From: Hemiscyllium ocellatum
Taxonomy: Eukaryota
NCBI RefSeq assembly: GCF_020745735.1
Contig: NC_083409.1
Location: forward strand, 14,727,873 to 14,791,872
DNA length: 64,000 nucleotides
Direction of reading: 5' to 3'
The notes beneath the pieces are model-generated. The model was not told the origin of the DNA. It did no database searches and saw only the letters and a program-made list of their open reading frames with translations. Positions 1 through 12,300 of this stretch are shown in pieces (the first letter of the stretch is position 1; every line of letters begins with the position of its first letter). The position numbers and the translations under genes are program-made.

Positions 1-424
1 ACACTGATTTCCCATCATGCCATTGGTTCCGATCCACTTTTACCAAAGCACCACACAGTTTAGTAAAATGAAAACTTTTACACTTGCTCCATGGTTCTCC
101 ATTTCCATCCCTACTCTCAATCTCACTGAGTTCTGATCACTGTCACGAAAATGCTCCCCCATTGACAGCCCTTCCAGCTGCCCAGAAACTGTCCCTTCTC
201 TCTATGCTACTTCACCATCACCTTCTCAGGGGCAATTAGGGATGGGTAATAAATGTTGGCCCTGCCAGTGACACCCACATCCCAAGAAGCAATGTGAACA
301 ATGCTTGGTCATTTGTTGGGTTTATTCTGTATTGACGACAAATGTTCAAAAAGATTGTATGGCCAGATTATGGTTGAATTCCCTTCCAGTGGCAGGAATT
401 AAAATTGTTTCTCTTGTCTTTCAG

Positions 425-753
425 GCCGTGAGAACTCTCAGCCCAAGCTGACCTTGCTGCCCCCCTCCCCGGAGCAGGTCAATGCCAAGGGCACTGCCAC
501 CCTGGTGTGCCTTGCCAATCACTTCTATCCCGATGAGCTGGAGGTGCAGTGGAAGAAGGACGGTGCAGTCATTTCGGACGGGGTTCAGACCAGCAACTAC
601 CTGCGAGCTTCAGACAGCACCTACAGTGTCAGCAGCCTGCTGACCCTCTCTGGGTCTGACTGGGAGTCCGACGCTCGCTTCTCCTGTGCCCTCACCCACG
701 TGACCCTCCCCTCTCCCCTCAGCAAGAGCATCAGGAGATCAGAATGTGTGTAG
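425..753 (+). CDS. IGKC: Immunoglobulin light chain constant-region exon, shark kappa-like (type III/NS4-like)
   Basis: Polypyrimidine tract plus AG acceptor ending at 424, phase-1 exon start. Translation (x)RENSQPKLTLLPPSPEQV..ATLVCLANHFYP..VQWKKDG..YSVSSLLTL..FSCALTH..RSECV* has the C1-set Cys/Trp/Cys and the penultimate inter-chain Cys. Isotype assigned from recalled shark kappa sequences. Confidence 0.93.
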
Positions 754-1249
754 AGTGTTGGAGACAGTCCACAGAGGAGACACAACTTTAAACAGAACAG
801 GGCTGAGCTGGCAGGACAAAGGTCATTGTCAGCACTGAATTTCAACTCTCTTCCTTCTCAGGATTGCTCAGAGAAACTTCTGAGGTTTGGATATTAAAGC
901 AGGTCATCGCGACAGTGTCAAGAGAGCTTTACACTGTGTCAAACCCCATGCTGTCCTTGTCCTGGGAATGTTTGATGGGGACAGGATTGCCTTGTTATGT
1001 TAGCTGCACAAAACAATGTGAACCTCAGAAGTCTCTGCTTCAGTAAACCAGATCTCCTTCCTGCTCAGCTGCCAGTTCCAGTTTAAGGTTTTGTCACTGT
1101 TTAAAGGGGCAGGATTCTCGTGTTATTGAGAAAATCTCTCCAAGTGTTTTCCTCAAGCTCCATTGGGGCTATGAATTTGAGCAGCTTCCTCTGTCTGGGC
1201 TGTTAATTGCAGTTGTTTCTTTTTCTGTGAATGTGAATGTGGAAAAGGG

Positions 1250-1255
1250 AATAAA
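1250..1255 (+). terminator. Probable polyadenylation signal of the IgL C transcript
   Basis: AATAAA about 500 nt after the stop; the same signal is kept in the inverted paralog (TTTATT at 14903-14908). Confidence 0.6.
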
Positions 1256-1627
1256 GGTGAAAATTCAGTCTCTGTCTCCGTGTGCTTTGGAAATAACTGA
1301 CTTTCTCCTCCCCCATCTTTCAGTTGATTGGCTGTATTTCAGCAGGTCATTGTCACAATTGGTTACTTGGCCTGTCAATCAATTACAATCATCAATCATC
1401 AATCATTTTCAAATGATCCCTTTAATCAGGAATTTATGTAGATTCCAAAAAGAACAGAAACTGAAAGTTGTTGGGACTCAGTAAGTGCAATCTGATGCAT
1501 TCCCTCTTCACTCTGTTGGTACATGCCCAGCTGATGGGATCGAACTGTGCAATCTCTGCTGCATGTCGGATAGCCCCTGAAATAATCTTCGGCCAATCAC
1601 AGACATTGTTGGCTGTGTGCCTCTCTG

Positions 1628-1925
1628 AGTGTGAGTGTTTAACTCAATACTGCCTGTAGATGTCTCTCTGAGTGTGGCTGTGTTACTCAGAGACACACCA
1701 CAGACAGTATTCAGAAACACACCCACATTCGGTGAGACACCGATCCGCAGCATGGAGTGTGAGTGTGTTACTCAGTGCTGCCTGAAGGTGTCTCTCTCAG
1801 TGTGAGTGTGTTACTCTGTGCTGCCTGTAGGTGTCTCTCTCAATGTGAGTGTGTTACTCTGTGCTGCCTGTAGGTGTCTCTCTCAGTGTGAGTGTGTTAC
1901 TCTGTGCTGCCTGTAGGTGTCTCTG
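1628..1925. repeat. 43-bp minisatellite (GTGTGAGTGTGTTACTCTGTGCTGCCTGTAGGTGTCTCTCTCA)
   Basis: Units start at 1757, 1800, 1843 and 1886; more diverged units at 1628 and 1671. Confidence 0.85.
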
Positions 1926-2060
1926 AGGTCTGTGTCTCCGAGCGATGGATTGAGAATGGGCTTTGTGCTGGGGATTGAAGATTAGGCTTTAATCTTCTCA
2001 AATCATGAATGAAAAACAGCTCAGCTGATTCAGTCTGAGATGGCAGCTCATTCAGATGAC

Positions 2061-2147
2061 CAAAGTTAAAAAACACACAACACCAGATAATAGTCAACAG
2101 GTTTATTTGGAAGTAAAAGCATTCGGAGTGCTGCCCCTTCATTAGGT
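2061..2147 (-). mobile_element. Single degenerate arm of the Penelope-derived element seen as a palindrome at 62610-62768
   Basis: CAAAGTTAAAAAACACACAACACCAG..AACAGGTTTATTTGGAAG..TTCGGAG..CCTTCA matches the left arm at 62601-62684. Confidence 0.7.
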
Positions 2148-2869
2148 AGCTGGAAGGGCAGGATCATTGGGCACAGAATTTATAGCAAATTCAGATAGCA
2201 GCTGTAAAAGGTGAATACTGAGAGTGTATTCTCAGGAAGGGAGGGATTTCAGAGGCAGTGGGCACTGTGCTCCCAAATGTGTTGATCAATTCCGAGGAGA
2301 TTTTTTGAATCCAGGGCCAGAGGAGTTGTGGCTGCCTGCCCAGCCAATGCTGGCTCCCCATAGTCATATTTCAGTGGTTAATTAACCCAAAACTAGGTGC
2401 AGCAATATTACCTTCCAGGGAGAGGAGTTGTCTGAGGGAGGGAGGTTGAATTCTTGCAGCCCCAAGAGAGGTTGTGGTGGATTAATGACAGGTATGACCA
2501 CCATGAAGGTGCCACCTTCTCTCCCCCTGCTACAGCTGTGATGACCCTCAGGTTAAAAGTGTGACTGCTCTGGGATGATGACCACATTCCTGGGTGATGG
2601 AGGGAAGGCCAACCTCTCCCAAAGGCAGCACAGGCTGGATTGAAGGTGAAACAAGAGTAAGCAGGGGGAGATTGAGGATGACAGAAGGAGGGGGTTGGTT
2701 GGCAGGTTGTTATTCAGAGTCAGGTACCAGAGTTTCAGTCCTTCTGACACTCCTCTTTTTTCTTTTTTTCTTCTTTTTTTCTTACTTACACGTGGAGAGT
2801 CCTTGACACTGATCCAGCTCCCTCAGAGCCAGCTCTCAGAATGTTCAGAACCCCTAACATGCCTGTTTT

Positions 2870-3105
2870 ATTTCACCCCCACACTGCCGCCGAATGCAGG
2901 GGAGCTTATTTTTTTTTCCCCAGCACCCATGGTGTGTGTGTGTGTAGGTGTGAGACACAGTGAGAGACACAAAGCGCACGAATCTTTATTCAATTTCCAC
3001 CACCAGGAAGACAGGAAAACATCCGCGTGGCCAGTGACAAGCAGTGCCCTTCAAATCAAAGGGCAATGCTGTGTGATCAAACAGTGAAGGGGAGGGCAGG
3101 GATTA
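2870..3105 (+). repeat. Unclassified interspersed repeat (LTR-like), copy 1
   Basis: Clearly homologous to the reverse complement of 16725-17000 (shared GTGGCCAGTGACAAGCAGTG..GTGATCAAACAGTGAAGGGGAGGGCAGGGA). Confidence 0.7.
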
Positions 3106-3444
3106 AGACACCGCTCTTTTTATCTGCCAGCCAGGGCTCCTTGATTGGACAAAGTTAACTGTCCCTGTCAGGGAACTCATATTTTATCAAAAAGAATAAA
3201 TCATTTATTGAACAAGGAGCTCAAGAGCTAAACGACACGAGACAAAATGAATGGTTTGAAATATTTCATCATGGGCAGCACAAATAAGATTTGGGGAAGA
3301 ATGTTTTCACTCAGCGGGTGGTGGGAATCTGGAATGGCCTGTCATAGAATCCCTACTGTGAGGAAACAGGCCATTTTCACCAACACGTCCACACTTATCC
3401 TTGGAAGAGTAACCCACCCAAGACCCAATCTCCTATCCGATTAC

Positions 3445-3640
3445 TCTACTTTTGCCCTGACTAATGAACCTAACCTACACATTCCTGACCACTATGGGCA
3501 ACATTAAACAGCCAATTCACCTAACCTGCATGTCTTTAGAATGTGGGAGGAAACCAGAGCACCCAGAGGAAATCTATGCAGACATTTGGAGAATGTACAC
3601 ACTCCACACAGACATTTGCCTGAGGCTGGAATTGAACCTG
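3445..3640 (-). mobile_element. V-SINE (HE1-like) fragment
   Basis: Reverse complement of the SINE core seen intact at 35107-35437. Confidence 0.75.
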
Positions 3641-3649
3641 GGTCAAAAC

Positions 3650-6375
3650 ACTCAGACTGGCCTTGACTTCGCTCCAGCTTCTGCCTCCACTTCAGGCCCC
3701 TCCCACTCAGCAACCAAGACTCAGACTGCATTTCCCAGATTCACCCTGAGTCCAACTGCCTACCTGCAGCCAGCCAGCACACTCACTCTCCCTCCTCACC
3801 TATCCACCCCCACAGTGCACCCTCTCCCTCCACTGCTCCCTCTTCACCTCATCCCCGCTTTCCCACTCCCCCACCTCACTCCACAGCCCACCTCCGCCCC
3901 AATCTCCTTTCTCTCCAACACCCATTCCCCCGTGCTACACCACAACCAACCCTCACCCACTGCATGCCATCACACTTCCCCCTCCCCTCTTTCAGCCAAC
4001 TTGGGCCCCCTCCAAAACCTCACCCCTGAGCCTCGCCCCATATTTACTATACCGCCCCGACCTCAAACTCTCTGAGGCCAAAAGGTCCATCCTCAGGAAA
4101 GGGCTCACAGTCATTCCCGCCCAACCCCACCTCAACGACACCCACACCCACCACGAAGCGGAGCTCTTCTTCTGCCGCCTCAACCTCCGTGTCTTCTTCT
4201 TTAACAAAACTTCCAAACTCCCTCTGAGGAACCTTTCTCCCATCTCTAACTTTACTCCTCCATTTGGTCTCCCCCTATTAGCTGTGTACACACTCGAGAC
4301 CTCTTCATTGCTGACTGTTGATGTGCCATCACCCGCCTCCATTTCTCCCCTCACCCATTCCAACCATACCCCCTCTGATCAAGCACTCCACTCTCTATGT
4401 GCCAACCCCTGTTTCACCAACAAACCTGCTGACAAATGTGGGGTGGTGTTAGTCTGGAGAACAGACCTAAAAGTCACAGAGGCTGAACCCCAACTCTCAG
4501 ACACCACGTCCTACCTCCTCCTTGCCCATAACCCCACTGTGACCCATCAGGCCAAAATCACTCACACTGTCAGTGACCTCATTGCCTCCAGTGATCTCCC
4601 CTCCACTGTCTCTCATAGTCCCTCAGCCCTGCATTGCCCAGTTCTCCCTGGTCCCCAAAATCCACAAGCCCAACTACCCAGTTGACCCATCATCTCAGCA
4701 TGCCCCTGCCCCACCGAACTCCTCTCATCCTACCTCAACTCTCCTCCTTGGTTCAGGCACTGCCCACCTACATCTGATACATCAACCATGCCCTGCACCT
4801 CTTCAGTAGCCTCCAGTTCCTTAGGCCTAAGTGCTTTATCTCCACGATGGATGTGCAGTCCTTATACATGTCCATACCCCACAAGGATGGCCTCCAGGCC
4901 CAACACCTTTTCCTTTGCAACGGACCCATCCAGTCCCGGTCCACCAATATATTCCTCCGCCTTGCCAAACTAGTCCAGGGGGTGGCCATGGGCCCCCGTT
5001 TGAGCAATGTCGACCAGTCCCTCTTCAGTGACTATACAGGCACTGTGCCATTACATCAGTGACTATATCAGTGCAGCATCCTGCATCCAGGCTGAACTGG
5101 AGTGGTTCACTGACTTTCTTCATAACTTCCACCCTGTCCTCAAAATCACCTCATCCATCTCAGACACCTCCCTGCCCTTTCTACACCTCTCCATTTCCAA
5201 TTCTGGGGATAATCTTCAAACAGGCAATTACTACACACCCACGGACTGCCATTACTACCTGGGCTACACCTGCTCCCAACCAGTCTCCTGCAGAACTCCA
5301 TCCCATTCTCCCAATTCCTCTGCCTCCACTCCATCTGCTCGGATGAGGAGACATTTCGCTGATCACAGATGTCCACCTCTTATGAACAACATGCTTTTCC
5401 TCCTTCTGTCATCCTTCTGTCATCCACTGCACTACCTCCATTTCCCGTTCCATTGCTCTAAACCGACCCCTCTCCAAACACAATGAAGTCAGACTCACCA
5501 TTGTCCTCAACTATTACCAATCCCTGTACCAATTAACGCATCATCCTTAAACACTTCCACCAACTCCAACTAGACTAACCACCAAGAACATTTTCCTCTC
5601 CCCACCCCTGGCTGCCTTCCACAAGGACTGTTCCCTTTGACAATTCTTGGTTTGTGGCATCTGTCCACCTACCCTCCCGAACCCCCAGGAACCTTCTTTT
5701 GCAACACCAAAAGATGCAAAGCCTGCTGGTACACCAATCCGTCCCCTCCATCCAGGGCCCCAAACAGTCCTTCCAGGTGAGACATTGCCTCTCCTCCAAC
5801 CTAGTTTACTGCATCAGGTGCCCGTGATGTGGTCTTCTCTACATTGTGAAGACCAAATATAATCTTAGGGAACGTTTCACCGAGCATCTCAGCCAGGCCT
5901 GCAAGGTCCGATCAGCCTTTCAGTCACAGTCCATTTCAATTCCCCTTCCCAATCCCTTTCCGATATGACCATCATCAGCCTCCTCCATTTCCACAATGAA
6001 CCAAACCACAAATTGGTGGAACAATACTTCACCTTCCATCTGGGCAGCCTACAGCCCAGATGACTCAACATTAAGTTCTCCAATTTCAAATAACCACTCT
6101 TCCCTTCCCCCGATTCCCTTCCCAGCCCCTCTCCCTCCCTTCCACTCCTGCCTGCCACCTACCGGATTCATTCCTCCCATTGACCAACCAAGTTGTACCA
6201 TCTACCTGTCTTCACCTATCCTCACTTAATCATCCTGTCCCCACTACCCCCTTTATCTGCTTCCTCTACACCTAACCCCATTCCTGAAGAAGGATTACAC
6301 CCAAAACATCAACTTCTCCACCACCTGATGCTGCCTGCCTTGCTGTGTTCTCCCAGCCTCCTGCCTGTCACTGAA
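3650..6375 (+). mobile_element. Degenerate Penelope-like retroelement (RT and GIY-YIG remnants)
   Basis: Frameshifted PLE motifs (RKGLTVIP..., TMDVQSLYMSIPH, QGVAMGPR), a GIY-YIG-like region near 5800-6100, and a degenerate hammerhead-like end CCTGAAGAAGG..AAAACATC near 6285-6312. Confidence 0.8.
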
Positions 6376-6499
6376 TGGAACCAGAAAAGGGTTAGACAAT
6401 CAAGGGTCAGGGCCATCAACAAATGGGAATGGGACATGCTACAGACAGATGCATTGAGACAGTCAATCACAAAGAGAAGACCAAACTGGAAATGAAACA

Positions 6500-6850
6500 C
6501 TAATACACAGTGGATGGAATTTAATGTCAAAAAGTGTGAGACCATGCAGTTGGGTCAGAATAATCTAAAGGCCGACTATTATTTAAGTAGTGAGAGATTC
6601 CAACGAAGTGTAGTACAGAGTGATCAGGGTAGTATTGTGCATGAAACACAGACAGTTAGTGCAGGAGCAGCAAGTAATTGAGAAGGCGAATGGAATTTTC
6701 ACCTTTATTGCTGGGGGTTGGAATTTAAAAGTAGAGAAATCTTGTTAAAACTATCGAGGGTGTTAGTGAGCCTGCATTTGGAGTATTTGTCCCTGTATTT
6801 AAGAAAGGACGGACAGCTATTGGAGGCTTCCTCCTGCTCCTATTTCCCAT
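6500..6850 (+). mobile_element. CR1-type LINE RT fragment
   Basis: MEFNVKKCE- and EFKSREILLKL..LHLEY-like CR1 RT C-terminal motifs. Confidence 0.75.
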
Positions 6851-8749
6851 GTCCTTGTGTGCTCCAGTGTCCTTCCCTCACAGCAGAGCTGGTTGGAGCA
6901 TGCCTGCAGTAGCAGCCTCCAGTCTCTGGGTGTTGCTGCGAAAAGATCTGCCTTGCCCAGGCTGTCACAGTTCCCACATTAAAACAATGTCTGGTTTTTG
7001 GAAGTATTCCATTGGCTGTGAAACATTTCCAAACATCCTAAGTTCAAGAAACGTATAACATAAATATAATTCTGTCTCCTTTTATATTTTATCTCCATGT
7101 CTTCCCAGCTGTCACCTGACAACATCACACACTTGCGCTAAATCTAGAATGAATCATGAATCTCTGGGAGAGCTTAATCTATGACAACACTGGGACTAAT
7201 AACCACCTCCTCAGTGGGCTTTGAGGGTGAAGGTCAACAGCAGTCACTGGGACTTGATTTGGGCTATCTTGATCGTGATCCAGTCAGTTAGTGTTTTTGT
7301 CTGGGTCCAGACAGTACAGACCAACCTCGGACCCTGTGATCTGATTGAGGTGAAGGGTTAGCTGTGCTGGGCTTTCACCCATGGCTCACCCACATAGTGA
7401 AGCAGGGATTACACATTTCATGAGAGTAAATGGAACTAACAAACTGGTTGGTTGTGACATCCCCAACCTGTCCCCAAGAGAGTGGGGACAGGAACAGTAG
7501 TATTCTCAGACAGAAAGGGTGGTAAAAATTATATCCTGCAAGGAGAGCGGAGACAGGAAAAGCGACGTTCCCCAGAGACAACCGAACATTAACTGTCTGC
7601 TCCCCACTTTCTTGTTGTGACATATGCCCTGGGGAAATGGGTTTGGTTTTTATTTTCTCAATTGTATTTCCAAACATTCTAACACCGAGGTGGTTCGGAA
7701 ACAAGGATTCCAATTTCATATTTTGTGTAGCAGCAGATCTACTGAAGGTCATGGTTTCATTTGGAGCTTGCCCAGGTTTCTGTCCAGGCTGATACAGCAT
7801 GGTCTACCAGTGCTGCTCCTATTGAGCTAAACCATCACACACGAGGGAATCTGACGGGCACTTTCTCTTTGTGCTGGCAAATGAGAGATTTGCTTTTACT
7901 GCAATGGTGGACAAAGAAATGAGTCAGTGGAGGTAGTTCCACAATGTTCTGATGTTCATGATGGGATTAACCTCGACAGTTCCCATTTGCTTTAAACACC
8001 GACAGTGGAACAGGAAGTTACCACGCAATGGTCTCCTGGCTCACACTGAGAAACCAAATTGATTCTATAACTGCAGAGAGCAAGACAATGGCTTGGACTC
8101 ACCGAACAACCAGAGGCTTCAGCCAACAATTGGATCAAAGGCAAATGGAGTGTTGTATAAACTATCAGTATCTCAGGGAGCAAACACAACTACTGAGCTA
8201 CAAAACAGAACAGAATATTTTTACGACAAATTGGCATTCCAAAAGTAAAATACAAACACAATATGCATAAAACCTGAGTACAATCTAATTTCAGAGACTA
8301 CAGCATTTTCTTTGAAAGTTGGATGATAATGAGATGAGAATTCAAACAGCCACCCATTCCGTCACACAGTGTTGAAGTTGCATTGTCGTCATTATGACAC
8401 GTTTGCAAGCTTCTTAATACACGAAAGGGGAGAGAACCATTGCAAACTGTATTACCACGAGTCAGGATCCATTAAAAACTAAGACCATGATATTAAATGC
8501 TCCCAGCCAGATGCAACACTGATGCATTCACATCATTAGAGTGTTAAATGATGTTAAAAAGTCTGCCAACCACTTTCATGAAGACAGAGTATTTTAAATC
8601 TCAAGAGGCATTGATGATTTTTTTTCAGTACCATAGCAAGGAAGCAGCAGCTGACATATGAACTCCAACAAACTAATGATAACAGGCACTGAATACAGCG
8701 CAGGTTCCTGAGAGAGAAAAAAATCAACAGCAGAGATTTATCCAGAGCT

Positions 8750-9130
8750 AGGAATATTTTAGACCAGACACCTTGTTGCCAGCAAGTTACTGCAAATTGA
8801 AAATTCCAGTATGGTTAGAGAGAGAAAAAGGACAATGTGCAGATTGTTGAGCAGGCCCCTACACCTGGGCCTGAGGCAGGAGCCCAAGCTCCAACACACT
8901 GGCCTCACTTCACACCAACCCTCACACAGTGCGGGGTCATGAACTCCGGCCATCAATCTCTCTGGGACCGGGACGGAGTGAGGGAACAGGGGCAATTGTA
9001 GAAGAGTCAATAAGGAGTAAAGCAAGATGGAGGGTGTTTTGGAAAGGGGTTAGAGGAGGACATATACTTTGTGTCACTCAGTACTGACATCATCACAGAA
9101 TGAACAAAACAGCACACTGTGAAGACAAAC
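8750..9130 (-). repeat. Unclassified interspersed repeat; inverted homolog of 19235-19650
   Basis: Strong reverse-complement similarity to 19235-19650; the ORF track gives near-identical spurious peptides for both. Confidence 0.75.
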
Positions 9131-9286
9131 AAAAGTCACATCAAATTACTTTTCTTTATAGCACGGGACATTTTCATTGAGGTGCTTCTGAAGCTGTACA
9201 CTCTCTCTATGGGTCTCTGCAGATTGAGCCTGTCAGCTCCAAGCAGAGTCCCACTTTACGTTTCACTGATCAGGGACAGTGAAGCA

Positions 9287-9302
9287 GCTGCCCTCTAGTG
9301 GC
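9287..9302 (-). promoter_or_regulatory. Candidate CTCF-binding site
   Basis: Minus strand GCCACTAGAGGGCAGC closely fits the CTCF core CCACYAGRGGGC. Sequence motif only. Confidence 0.5.
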
Positions 9303-12300
9303 GAGAGAGCGCTTGTACGGCTGCTGAGGATTATGGATGAAGTCCCCTTCCATTCGCGCCCACACAAACCAGCAGCCACTTCAGCTGCTTTATTGAAAAC
9401 CACAAGCTTTCAAGGCGTTGTTCTTTCAACGGTGGAACTGGCCACATGATCAAACGAATTAGGGGCAGATGAAGGAGATTTATCCTCTTGAGCCTGCTCC
9501 CCATGGCTGACCTGATTATTCAATATTCTTGCCTTACTCTGATAGATTCTTGATAAGCAATGGCTATCTACTTCTTCACTACAAGCATTCAGAGGTTTCA
9601 TTTCTATGCTTGAAGAAGAGTTCCAAAGACCTATGACCTTATGCTAGAAGAAAAAAAAACCCTGCTTTTCTCGGTCTTAAATGAGGGAACTTATTTTAGT
9701 TTTATATTCTCCCTGTAAAGGAAGCATTCTTTTCATATCCACGCCATTGATATGGCATCCGCTTTTAATCAGCTGCTCTCTCATGAGAACAGCAGCCTAT
9801 CCTGCCACCTTCAGAGAGTGATGCACAATTGCATCCAGGTCATACTGCCCCTCCACCCACCCATACTTGTACCCTTTAGTTTGTTGGTCTCTCCAAGTTT
9901 TCCTTCCAAAATGATTCAGTGACATCTCTTTCCATTAAATTGTTTCTACAGCCATCTGCTCATTCCATTAACTTACCAACATGCTCTTCGAAGTTTGGCG
10001 CTATCTTCTTCATCAGCCGTAATACATCCAAGTTTCATACCATCAGCAAATTTTGAAATTATGCCTTGTGCACTCAGGTTAACATTTATTTAACTATTTT
10101 AAGTATTTTTAAAAAATAAACAATTTTATAAACTATTTTAAATCAAACTTAAAATGTATTGCCCATCTCTAGTTGCTCGGACTGAGCTCTGAGCCAGATC
10201 ATGGGGCCGTTAAGAATGAATCACGTCACTGTGTGGGACTGGAGTCACAGACCGGGTGATGACTGGATTCCCTTGTCCAAACTACATTCATGAACATGAC
10301 ATTGAGTTTCATGGGTTTTTTTTGTTCAGATCCTAGCACCTTGCTTCCCAGATATTACATGCCTCACCACCACCCTCTCCAGGACCATTCGGAAAGGGCA
10401 ACGAATAGCAGCCACTTTTGTGCCCGCCCATCCCAGGAGAAATCAAAATAAATGAGATATACTTCAAATGATCAAACTGGTGAGGCTTGAATTCATCTCT
10501 TTGAGAGACTGTAGGCTAGGCTAAAAGTAGGGCCATGACACGGGTGACCCTGGTTTGTCAGACTGAAAGGTGGAGTGTCCTTCGGATTGACACTGGGATC
10601 AGGCACAAAATGAATTACACTCAAAGACAGAACAAACGGCTATCAAACTGCAGGGAACAGTAATTTATCCAAGGGAATTCAACAGGCATCAGTGGGTGTA
10701 AGAGCATTAGGCAGGCAAGTGTCATATATTGTTGAATACACCAGAAACACAGTCACTCATTAAGAGAAGCAGGGAAATGGGAATAATTGAAATCTCTGCT
10801 GAGAGATGGAAGGGGTTTTCTCGGTTGTAACGCCTCTGAGAACGATAAAACTTGAAGGGCCGTTTATATCATAAACAACATTGCATCATGGAGAACTGCT
10901 GCCTTCCTGAACCCGCTGCAGCCATGTGCTGTAGGTAGACCCAGAATGCCCTGAGGGAGAGAATGCCCTGATTTTAACCCAATGTCAGTGAAGGAACAGG
11001 GATATATTTCTAAGTCAGGTTTGGGGAAAATCTTACAGCTGGCAGTGTTCCCATGTGTGTACTATTTTAAAAGGTGTTAATAACCTGAAAAAGAGGAATA
11101 ATAAAGGGAAAGTAATGCTAGAAAGCATTCAACTGGATGGTGATGGATTAATTATTGCGGTGATGTTTTGGGTAGAGTTGGCTGTTCTTGTCCAGCAGCA
11201 ACATTCTCCATGGTAACGCTTTATTGCATTCCAAAAGAGGACGTTTAAACCTCAAAACTCTGACCTCACACAAAGGCAGTGCTAATTATTGACAGATTAT
11301 ATGATTTTTTTTTAAAGAAGTTTCAGCCTTGGCTAAGTTTATATAACTCCTTCCATGGAGTCAGAAAGATTTGCATTCAGGCCATTCTAAAGTGGGTCAA
11401 CAACGATCTCACCCATCAGTGACCGAACTGCTGGGGAGCTCCTTTTGGTTCCTGGGAAGGTCTGCAGTTGGAAGTGAGCAGAGCAATGCTTGTTGGAGAC
11501 AGGGCTCTCACTGGAGACCTTGGCTTATTATGGAAGCCCAGACTAAATGCAACTAAAGGCAGGTGTGGGTCATGGGAGAGGTGGCGGTTTAACATGAGGA
11601 CATCATCTGAAGCTCGGTCCCTTGATTGGACACATTGTGGGAAAGCCAAGCTGATTTAATCCCTGAGCTGCCATTAAATCAGGATAGATTCAGGAATTTA
11701 GGGGTCAATTGGTTCCTCAGTCTAGTTGATATCGTCTGATGGTGGCTGAGAATTCCAGTTCACTACTTCTGTCCTGATATTCATTGGGAGAAATTTTAGC
11801 TGCCATTAGGGATATTGAAGTCGGCTACTTGAGTGATTAAATGTGCCTGGAGTCATGTTTCCAACTGTATTAAATCTGGGTCAAAGCGTAAACATCAAAC
11901 CTGATGTTTCGTTTGCAAAACTGAGAGAAGATGTGCAGGTTAGGTGGTTGGCTGTGCTAAATTACTCATTATGTCCATGGGATGTGCAGGCTCGCAAATG
12001 GAAAATGCAGGGTTACAGGGATAGGGTAGGGGAGGTGTGGGTCTGGGTGGAATGGTCTTCAAAGTGTCGATGTGTACTTGATTGGCCTCCTTCCACAAGG
12101 AAAGAATTCCTCGATTCTATAATTGTATGAAGGCTAGAACAGGATCTCGACAGTGGAGGGAGGGTATTCTGATGTTCAAAAATTCATAAACAAAGAAACA
12201 CAGTAAATGTAGATTTACCATCAGCGCTGACAAACTGAAAGGCAAAATGACACATTCTCCAGTCATATACCAGGTACAGAAAGGAGATCAGGAAAAATAT

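Noticed and set aside
2956-2962. Perfect CACAGTG heptamers (also 8924-8930, 16915-16921 and 19252-19258)
   Set aside because: No nonamer at 12- or 23-bp spacing; all lie inside interspersed repeats.
7760-7795. Minus-strand QKPGQAP resembling Ig V framework 2, with a leader-like GTGAGT donor near 8097-8102
   Set aside because: No FR1 Cys, no FR3 or YYC at the expected distances, and no linked RSS; cannot be called a V segment.
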